A stretch of 32,000 bases of DNA from Candidatus Poseidoniaceae archaeon (GCA_943789275.1 CALSTM010000002.1:90001-122000), one strand, 5' to 3'. Shown: positions 14,208 through 21,385, counted from the first letter of the stretch. Notes: generated by a model from the sequence alone, not told the origin. A program made the numbers and translations.

Positions 14208-14501
14208 TCAAACATATCGAAGATAACGTCGTCGAGCGTCTCTTGCCCATGCGTTGTCTGGCTCAAGAGAAAGGACTCGGTCGTAGTATTCAATGGCGGT
14301 CTCAAACTCGGACAGATGACGCCCATAGAGGTGACCGAGATTGGACAGAACCGGTATGCACTCTCCGTCCGCTTCGAGCATAGAAAGCAAAAGCCGTTCT
14401 GCTGCACCAAGGTCATTGCGGAGCATCATTTCTTCAGCTTGGTCGAGCTGTTCAAGTTGCTCAGTACTGAGTTCGTATGTGTTGTCGAAATGTGCAGCCA
14501 T
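14208..14501 (-). CDS. Small TPR-repeat protein
   Basis: 97-aa ORF. LSNLGHLYGRHLSEFETAIEYYDRVLSLEPDNAWA is a typical TPR unit. Lies 50 nt upstream of the FtsZ-like gene on the same strand. Confidence 0.65.
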   Translation of the reverse strand: MAAHFDNTYELSTEQLEQLDQAEEMMLRNDLGAAERLLLSMLEADGECIPVLSNLGHLYGRHLSEFETAIEYYDRVLSLEPDNAWARDARRRYLRYV

Positions 14502-14622
14502 GTGAGTCCCAACTTACCCAACCACCGTCGATTGATGAACTCTCGTATGAAAAGTGCTCAAAACAAGGTAATTTCAAAGGAAATGATGGAGCCGAGAACG
14601 AACGGTTTAAGAACCCCCGATT

Positions 14623-14636
14623 TCGATTATAATCGA
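14623..14636. repeat. 14-bp perfect palindrome TCGATTATAATCGA in the divergent intergenic region
   Basis: Read directly; the sequence is its own reverse complement. Function unknown. Confidence 0.8.
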
Positions 14637-14676
14637 CTTACTGCGTTGATGTTGTCGATGCGTTTTACTGGGAATG

Positions 14677-14682
14677 TTTAAG
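14677..14682 (+). promoter_or_regulatory. TATA-box-like TTTAAG ~30 nt upstream of the ATG at 14709 (would give a leaderless or near-leaderless mRNA)
   Basis: AT-rich hexamer preceded by purine-rich GGGAAT. Spacing fits archaeal TATA-to-TSS distance. No experimental support. Confidence 0.25.
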
Positions 14683-14708
14683 GGGCACTTGCGGGTGGGT
14701 CCAATCAC

Positions 14709-15548
14709 ATGGGTGAGGCTATGCTAAGGAACTCATTTTCCACACGTTCGGGAGTAGTGCTTGCGCTAGCGGTTTTACTCCTCGTCCCTGGCTTTGCAAC
14801 TTCGCTCCACAGCGGCGTTGGAGGCTCCCAGGACAACGCTGGAGAAACCATCGATGACGTTGCCAAAGAAGGCTGTCTTTGCCACAATGAAGCGGCAGAT
14901 AACTCCGTCCAAATCATCCTTGACGACGTACCTTACGGCTGGATTGGTGGCGAAACATACACCATGACGCTCCAAATCATCGGCGGACCACCGGCAACGG
15001 GCGTCTACACAGCAGGATTTGCCATTCGTACGACCGACGGCGTCCTTGGCGGTGAAGGCGTCCAGAACTGGGACGAAGACGTAACAGCGCTCACGCACAC
15101 CGAGGCATCTGCTGACAATGCAGACCGAATGTGGGTCATCACTTGGCAAGCGCCAGAATCTGGCTCCGATACAGTCAACTTTTGGATCACTGGCAATGCT
15201 GTTAACGGCGACCAACTGAACAATGCCGGTGGACAGGAAGACAAGTGGAACCAACTCCTGTTCGCCCTCCAAGAAGGCAGCGATTCAACAACCGCACTTG
15301 GCACTCGAACTCTTTTCGCTGGCGATGGAAATGTCAGCCCTCCAGAACCAGCCCACCACGGTGTGGACCTCGAGCACATGGGTGCTGAACTTCGCGCTCA
15401 CTGGCTCGGTCTGCTCGGGTTCGGCGCAGTCATCTTGGTGATTATTTTCGCTGGATTGATGCTGCGATACAGCTTCTCTACATCCTACACCGGACGAACC
15501 AATCAACTCCGATTGCGATACAAACTCATGCGAAGAGGTGACCAATGA
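14709..15548 (+). CDS. Secreted, C-terminally membrane-anchored protein of unknown family; first gene of the Rieske/cyt b operon
   Basis: 279-aa ORF. Signal-peptide-like N-terminus (VVLALAVLLLVPGFATS), a Thr/Gly/Asn-rich middle region, a C-terminal TM (WLGLLGFGAVILVIIFAGLML) and a basic tail. ATGA overlap with the next gene. Confidence 0.7.
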   Translation: MGEAMLRNSFSTRSGVVLALAVLLLVPGFATSLHSGVGGSQDNAGETIDDVAKEGCLCHNEAADNSVQIILDDVPYGWIGGETYTMTLQIIGGPPATGVYTAGFAIRTTDGVLGGEGVQNWDEDVTALTHTEASADNADRMWVITWQAPESGSDTVNFWITGNAVNGDQLNNAGGQEDKWNQLLFALQEGSDSTTALGTRTLFAGDGNVSPPEPAHHGVDLEHMGAELRAHWLGLLGFGAVILVIIFAGLMLRYSFSTSYTGRTNQLRLRYKLMRRGDQ

Positions 15549-15991
15549 TGGACGATACAATCACGACCCTACTTCGAAAGGTTGCCAGTGGCAAAGTCAG
15601 TGTCGAAGATGCACGAACTGCATTGGAAGATGCTTCGTTGACCGAAGACCAAATGCAGTCAGCGATTGACCATGGAGTATTCAACCTCGCCGAGTCAGGA
15701 ACTATTGTCAGTGCATCCCTCGCTCCTTCCGGAGCATCCAATCTGATCATGATGTTCTTCGTATGGGGAATCTTTTGGTCGTGCTACTGGGTCTTTTCCA
15801 TGATTTACGGCCTGGCCAAGGGATGGGACCAACAACAGTTGTCGTACCATGTAGCCATGATGCTCATCACGCTTTGCTTGTTGGGCATGGCTTACCTCAA
15901 ATTCGTCTTGCCAGACACAATCATCGTCAAGCACGGAATGAACAAGTTCGTTCCTGAACACCAGAAAGACTGGAAGGAATACAAGTGGTGA
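15545..15991 (+). CDS. Small 2-TM membrane protein with a soluble helical N-terminal domain
   Basis: 148-aa ORF. GAGGTGA Shine-Dalgarno motif just upstream. Two hydrophobic helices. The N-terminal LLRKVASGKVSVEDARTAL loosely resembles SHOCT-type short helical motifs. Confidence 0.6.
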   Translation: MMDDTITTLLRKVASGKVSVEDARTALEDASLTEDQMQSAIDHGVFNLAESGTIVSASLAPSGASNLIMMFFVWGIFWSCYWVFSMIYGLAKGWDQQQLSYHVAMMLITLCLLGMAYLKFVLPDTIIVKHGMNKFVPEHQKDWKEYKW

Positions 15992-15997
15992 TCTCAA

Positions 15998-16843
15998 ATG
16001 GCACGTGAATACGATCTCAAACCAGCACCTTCCGCTGCCGAAACCGGTTCAGTAACGACCTCTTCGTCGATCAATCGACGGCAATTTCTTCGCTACGGAT
16101 TCAATACAGCAACTGGAGTCTTAGCCGCATCACTCGGCGTCCTCGGGTTCGCATCCATCCTCCTGCCTCCAGGCGGTACCAACGAAGGCGAACTTGGCGT
16201 GAAGTTTTGGGCTAAAGGCCGTGAAGATGAAGCGTGGTACGGTGCAAAACACGAACAGTTGATGTTTCGACAAGACTTCGTTGATGAAGCTGCGAAGTCC
16301 AGTACAGGAACATCCGGAGCTGCAGGAATATGGAACGGCGTGCCAGTTGTTGTCACCTACGTCACCCACAGCGAATACGCTACGACTCCACTCTCAAACG
16401 GTAAGGCACGCTTCCAATTTACTGAAGGTGTTGACGAGACGGGCAAAACCATCGGTCACTTCGAAGACTTGAGCGATGCAGACCCCCGACTCCTTCCTTC
16501 CGACAACTTGGTCATGATTTTCGGCCGATGCACTCACCTTTGCTGCATTCCCGGATGGCAACTTGTATCGAACTCGTTCACAGAAGATTCATGGACGCCG
16601 GGTGGAGGAGACGACGGTGGTACCAAACTGTTCTGTATTTGCCACTCCTCGAGATTCGACCCCACTGTATTGGAAATGAACACCAACCGAAACCGTTCAA
16701 ACGGCTCGACATTCAATTATGCAGGAATCCGTAAAGCAGGAGGGCCTGCTCCTGTCGGACTACCCATAATCCCCATTCAATTGAATGGCGATGCAATCGA
16801 GGGCATCGTAGACTATCTCGACTGGTACACATACTGTGACTGA
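15998..16843 (+). CDS. Rieske [2Fe-2S] iron-sulfur protein with a twin-arginine signal
   Basis: Tat motif SINRRQFLRYG followed by a TM helix. Cluster boxes CTHLCC and CICHSS. GGTGATC Shine-Dalgarno motif 4 nt upstream. Confidence 0.9.
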   Translation: MAREYDLKPAPSAAETGSVTTSSSINRRQFLRYGFNTATGVLAASLGVLGFASILLPPGGTNEGELGVKFWAKGREDEAWYGAKHEQLMFRQDFVDEAAKSSTGTSGAAGIWNGVPVVVTYVTHSEYATTPLSNGKARFQFTEGVDETGKTIGHFEDLSDADPRLLPSDNLVMIFGRCTHLCCIPGWQLVSNSFTEDSWTPGGGDDGGTKLFCICHSSRFDPTVLEMNTNRNRSNGSTFNYAGIRKAGGPAPVGLPIIPIQLNGDAIEGIVDYLDWYTYCD

Positions 16844-16854
16844 GGTGAACAAAA

Positions 16855-17721
16855 ATGACGACAATGTTTTGGGTTCTCTGGTTTTTCATCGCCTTTGTTG
16901 TGGTGCTTGTTGCGTTGACGCTTCGTCAAGAAAGCAGCGATACTCCACGCCGTGAGATTCTACGTGCAGTGGAATCAACAGGAAAGATGGGTTTTGCTGA
17001 ACGTCTGTTCCTTTGGGTCTTTTCTTGGCTCGATACTCGTTTCAGACTTCAAGATTACTGGAACATGTCAAAGGGTGCATACTACAACATGCACCGACAG
17101 ATGCCGCTTTCCCACGCTGAGAAATACAAGCTTCGAATAATTTGGTACTGGTACCCGCTTTACTGCTTGGGAGGAATATCGTTCCTCTCGTTCATTATCT
17201 TAGTCGTCACTGGAACCGTTCTCGGAATATACTACGTCCCCGGTGGAGAAGGCGACCCGTCTCCTGCCTATGCGAGCATGCAATTCATCATGACTGAACT
17301 TCCGTTCGGCTACATCATCCGTGCAGTTCACCACTGGTGTACCCACTTCATGGTCGCCAGCGTGTTCCTGCATATGTGCCGTGTCTACTTCACCGGTGCA
17401 TACCGAAACCCTCGTGAACTCAACTGGCTTATCGGCGTTGCACTCATGGCATTGACCATTGTTTTTGGATACTCAGGCTACCTCCTTCCTTGGGACACAC
17501 TTGCATACGGTGCGGCAGTTATTGGAATCAACTTGGCAAACTCGAGCCCATTGGTTGGGAAATACATCGCAACCTTGCTTTTCAGTGGCTCTTCCTTGAC
17601 CTCTCGAACCGTGACTCGGATGTACTTCATACACGTGTTCATTCTACCGGTCATCGTGACAACACTGATCATCATTCACTTATTCATTGTCTGGGTACAA
17701 GGCATTGCAGAACCACATTGA
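16855..17721 (+). CDS. Cytochrome b, N-terminal (b6-like) di-heme subunit with an extra N-terminal TM helix
   Basis: Helix B His pair (VHHW...FLHM, 13 intervening residues). Helix D His pair (FIH...IIIH, 14 intervening residues, the b6-type spacing). YRNPRELNWLIGV block. GAGGTGA Shine-Dalgarno motif upstream. Confidence 0.9.
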   Translation: MTTMFWVLWFFIAFVVVLVALTLRQESSDTPRREILRAVESTGKMGFAERLFLWVFSWLDTRFRLQDYWNMSKGAYYNMHRQMPLSHAEKYKLRIIWYWYPLYCLGGISFLSFIILVVTGTVLGIYYVPGGEGDPSPAYASMQFIMTELPFGYIIRAVHHWCTHFMVASVFLHMCRVYFTGAYRNPRELNWLIGVALMALTIVFGYSGYLLPWDTLAYGAAVIGINLANSSPLVGKYIATLLFSGSSLTSRTVTRMYFIHVFILPVIVTTLIIIHLFIVWVQGIAEPH

Positions 17722-17738
17722 TACTCGGAGGATAAACC

Positions 17739-20567
17739 ATGGGACTAATCGAAAATTTCGGACGTGTTGCTTCTTCATACATGGAGGAGAAAGAGCAATT
17801 GCAAGAGGTCGCTGGAAAGCGTACTCGTACTCGAACGGGCCACGGTTTTTGGCCGCATGAAGTGTTGCGTGACACCATTCTCTTGTCGTTTATGGCAGCG
17901 GTGTTGCTGTTTTACGCTTGGTTAATTCCCCCACCGCTCCACGGTGCTGCGGACCCTTATGCACAAGCCGGTTTCGTGTTCCCTGATTGGTATGTTCTGT
18001 TCTCCTACGGTTACCTAAGATGGGGTGAATACCTGCCACAATTCACCGTCCCAACTGGATTCATTGGTGAAATAGTTGGCCAACCTGTATTCCCATGGAA
18101 CGCTGCATGGTGGGGCGCTGCCCTAACCGGTATTCCAGTCAGCATTCTCGCACTACCGCCTTTCCTCGGCGGCCGCGAAAAGCGTCCAGTTGAAGACCCA
18201 TGGTTTGCAACTGCTGGTGCCGTCTACCTGGCTCACATTTGGTTTATCTCTGTTTTCTCAATCAACATCTTCTTGGAACTGTACGAAAAGAACCGTTCAG
18301 ATTACTGTAAACTGGACAGCCATGGCGACCTCTTGTGTGGTGTAAGAGAACCATGGGTAGCTGAGGCATTCAACACAATACCATGGGTTATGACTGGCGT
18401 GTTAGCATGGATTTGTTTCTACTTCCTTGCCCGTGGAATGATGGTGAAAGCGTGGGGTGCTGGATTCAAGCCGAGCCATGCAAAGCAAATTCTTATTGGG
18501 ACTCTACTGGTCTCAACAGCCGGGACTGTCGCCACATGGGACACCTATGACGACGGTTTTTGGGACCAAGGTGGTTTGTTAACCATCAAAGGTCTAACAC
18601 ACGACTACTACCCTGAACTCGAAGCAATGCGTACACAACCAACAGATGTTCACGTACACGCTACCAACGAGTTCACAGACGAACGGGGATGGAGTGAAAC
18701 TGAAACGGTACCAACGACCGCTTGGCTGGATTGGATGATTTACCAACCTGCCCGTTACATCATTATTGATTTCAACGATGCGAACGGCCATCAAGACGCT
18801 GCAAACGGCATCAACGCTGCTGCAGGCAGTACCACCTTCAACGGTGGAGAGGGATGGACCGATTCCGGTACATTCACAGTGACTGAAGACACCTCACTGT
18901 TCCCGGATGGCCACCATGAATCCATCGAGACACTGACGACTGACCTCAGTTGTGAGTACCGTTCATCAGAGCGAAAGATCAACGATGTTTCCACCGTGAC
19001 CATGATTGCAACGACATTGACCGTTACAAACAGTCAGAACAAGGTCGTTTCAAGCTTTGACAACTGTGCAGGGGCAACTGTCGAACTACCTGTTGGCACC
19101 TATTCATACGAATACACCGTCGCAGTAAGCGGTGCTCTGGCTTTGAACAACAGCATCCAAACGGAAACAGCCTTCAACATTGCAACCTTCCAACCGCTCC
19201 TTGTCTGGGGCGAGAATGCTCCTGGAGCACTTGCTGGAACGACAGTGAATCTTTCCAGTTCGACGGACATGGCAGCAGGTGGAACCAACTTTGCGGCCAT
19301 TGAAAACCCAACCTACCACACCAATCCTAAGGCACTCGATGCCAAACTTACCTATGCAATGTTCATTCCATGTTTGACCTTTGGTGCCATAGTCTTCGTC
19401 GTCTTGCGCTCGATGGGTCGTGGATACGAGTTTGAGATGAACAAGTGTTACGGCTGTGACCTTTGTGACGATGCGTGCCCAGTACGTTTGTTCAACGGTG
19501 GAGACAAACTCAACATCATCTACAACTCATGGAACAATGAAGACGACGGTGTTCCGCTCTATTCATGTTTGACATGTACCGCATGTACCAACGCCTGCCC
19601 ACAACTGGTGAATTACGATTCATACGTGGACATCCGCCGCTCACTCATTGTCGGCGGACCTCAAGCAGAAATTGCACACACCGTCCTCCAAGCAGTTCTC
19701 GCTGCTGAAGCAGAAGAAGCGGCAGACGAAGATTTCGTGGCAACAGAAGATTACCCATTGACCTCAAACATCGGTTACTATCCTGGCTGTGTGGACTACC
19801 TCGACCAAGAGATGGTGTTCTCGCATGTCAACGAGGGAGAAATGAACCTTGGAGACGCTACGACATCTGCATTCACGCTCTTTGATGAGATGGAAATGGA
19901 TGTATCCTACCTTGGTCGTGACTTCCTCAAGTGCTGTGGTCACGATCAAAAATGGCAAGGTCTTGATGAGGTCTTTGAAAAACTCAAGGCGTACAATCAA
20001 AAGAAGATTGAGCAATCGGGAATCGATACTTTGGTTTCATCATGTGCTGAATGTTTCCGTACCTTCGCTCGAGATTACGAACTTGAAGGCGTCAAGGTCA
20101 TGCACACGACCGAGTTCCTCATCGAAAATGGATTTGATATGAACCTCAAAGCCGAAGAAGAAACAACCGTCACCTACCACGACCCGTGCCGTCTTGGACG
20201 ACAAATGGGAATCTATGAAGAGCCTCGTGAACTCATCGCTGGCGTTGAAGGTGTGGAAATCGTCGAGATGGAACACCACGGTGAAGACGCAATGTGCTGT
20301 GGCGTATCAAGCATGATGTCGTGCAATGAAAATGCCCGTTCACTTCGTGTCACTCGTATGGAAGAAATCCGAGCTACTGGAGCAGATACCATGCTCACCT
20401 CTTGCCCAAAGTGTGTATCTCACTTTGAATGCCTCAAATTCGAAGGTGATGAGCGCTACGAAGACATCGAAATTCTCGATGTTGTATCGTTCCTTGCACG
20501 GCAAGTCGAAGCAAAGAAAGCAAAGGCTGCTACAGAAGTGACCTCAGTCACCGAAGTCGAAGCTTGA
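17739..20567 (+). CDS. Fusion protein: cytochrome b C-terminal/subunit-IV-like domain + ~270-aa extracytoplasmic domain + TM + 2x[4Fe-4S] ferredoxin + two CCG domains (HdrD/GlpC-like)
   Basis: 942-aa ORF. PDWYVLFSY (the PEWY Qo-site motif region) within 5 predicted TM helices. A sixth TM lies at residues ~537-557. Ferredoxin motifs CYGCDLCDDACP and CLTCTACTNACP. Then two Cys-rich units with CCG (PGC...CCGHD...SSCAEC and DPCRLG...CCGVS...CPKC). GGAGGAT Shine-Dalgarno motif upstream. Confidence 0.88.
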   Translation: MGLIENFGRVASSYMEEKEQLQEVAGKRTRTRTGHGFWPHEVLRDTILLSFMAAVLLFYAWLIPPPLHGAADPYAQAGFVFPDWYVLFSYGYLRWGEYLPQFTVPTGFIGEIVGQPVFPWNAAWWGAALTGIPVSILALPPFLGGREKRPVEDPWFATAGAVYLAHIWFISVFSINIFLELYEKNRSDYCKLDSHGDLLCGVREPWVAEAFNTIPWVMTGVLAWICFYFLARGMMVKAWGAGFKPSHAKQILIGTLLVSTAGTVATWDTYDDGFWDQGGLLTIKGLTHDYYPELEAMRTQPTDVHVHATNEFTDERGWSETETVPTTAWLDWMIYQPARYIIIDFNDANGHQDAANGINAAAGSTTFNGGEGWTDSGTFTVTEDTSLFPDGHHESIETLTTDLSCEYRSSERKINDVSTVTMIATTLTVTNSQNKVVSSFDNCAGATVELPVGTYSYEYTVAVSGALALNNSIQTETAFNIATFQPLLVWGENAPGALAGTTVNLSSSTDMAAGGTNFAAIENPTYHTNPKALDAKLTYAMFIPCLTFGAIVFVVLRSMGRGYEFEMNKCYGCDLCDDACPVRLFNGGDKLNIIYNSWNNEDDGVPLYSCLTCTACTNACPQLVNYDSYVDIRRSLIVGGPQAEIAHTVLQAVLAAEAEEAADEDFVATEDYPLTSNIGYYPGCVDYLDQEMVFSHVNEGEMNLGDATTSAFTLFDEMEMDVSYLGRDFLKCCGHDQKWQGLDEVFEKLKAYNQKKIEQSGIDTLVSSCAECFRTFARDYELEGVKVMHTTEFLIENGFDMNLKAEEETTVTYHDPCRLGRQMGIYEEPRELIAGVEGVEIVEMEHHGEDAMCCGVSSMMSCNENARSLRVTRMEEIRATGADTMLTSCPKCVSHFECLKFEGDERYEDIEILDVVSFLARQVEAKKAKAATEVTSVTEVEA

Positions 20568-20585
20568 GCCTCTAAACCGGAAGAA

Positions 20586-20593
20586 CATATATC
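20586..20593 (+). promoter_or_regulatory. TATA-box-like CATATATC ~28 nt upstream of the ATG at 20618 (suggests a leaderless mRNA)
   Basis: AT-rich element preceded by purine-rich GGAAGAA. No Shine-Dalgarno motif before the ATG. Spacing fits archaeal promoters. Confidence 0.3.
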
Positions 20594-20617
20594 TTACGCA
20601 GTAGTTCACACAAGCCC

Positions 20618-21385
20618 ATGGACTACACAGGAATGACCGTCGTTCAACTGAAAACGCTCTGTAGAGAACGTGGACTCCGGGTTTCCGGAAACAAAGATGA
20701 AGTCATCATCCGATTGATGGAGAACGACGAATCACTGGCCCCAGTTCAAACCTATGCTGCACCTGCACCGCAACCTATGCCAATGTATCAAACGCAACCG
20801 ATGGGCGGCTATGTTCAGCCTCAGCCCCGATACATCCAAGTGCAAAGCCAAAAAGAGGAGATGTCAAAGACCATTGGTGGGTTTGTCATCCTCTACGCCT
20901 TCTTCAGGTTGTTTTGGGCCATGGTATTCTCGATTGGTATCGGAGGCAGCGATGAATCTTGGCTCCTTTCAATTCCAGCATTCCTTATTGGAATTGGTTT
21001 CCTCGTTGGTGGAGCAATACTTTACTCAGGATACCGAAACGGAGTTTACTTGACCTTGGGTGTATTGGTTGTATCTGGAATGTTGAGTGTAATGTTCCAC
21101 GGCGACAATCCGAACCCGGTGTCTGTAGCGTGGGGCGATCAGATGATTTTGACATCCATTTTTTGTTCATTTATTTGCATGGCACTCGTTGCTCTTCCAA
21201 TATTCATGTCACAGCTTAAACCAGGATGGCCGGCCAATATTGAGCGCCTCTTGGGACAAGATTCCACCACGAGTTCCGGAAAAGACAAGGTTCAATGCGC
21301 ACATTGCAGTGCAGCACTCCAAGTCCCAGCGGGGTACTCTGGCAAGATTCAATGCCCGTCGTGCCAGAAAGAAATGCGTGTTTAA
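20618..21385 (+). CDS. Membrane protein with an N-terminal SAP domain and a C-terminal MJ0042-type zinc ribbon
   Basis: SAP consensus MTVVQLKTLCRERGLRVSGNKDEVIIRLME. A P/Q-rich linker, ~4 hydrophobic helices, and a C-terminal CAHC...VPAGYSGKIQCPSC. Confidence 0.75.
   Translation: MDYTGMTVVQLKTLCRERGLRVSGNKDEVIIRLMENDESLAPVQTYAAPAPQPMPMYQTQPMGGYVQPQPRYIQVQSQKEEMSKTIGGFVILYAFFRLFWAMVFSIGIGGSDESWLLSIPAFLIGIGFLVGGAILYSGYRNGVYLTLGVLVVSGMLSVMFHGDNPNPVSVAWGDQMILTSIFCSFICMALVALPIFMSQLKPGWPANIERLLGQDSTTSSGKDKVQCAHCSAALQVPAGYSGKIQCPSCQKEMRV

Noticed and set aside
14838-14900. Possible c-type heme-binding site in the secreted 279-aa protein (GCLCHNE).
   Set aside because: The motif is C-x-C-H, not CxxCH or a known variant (CxxxCH, CxxxxCH, A/FxxCH). 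No cytochrome c maturation genes are visible in the window. It is kept only as a possible metal/cofactor site.
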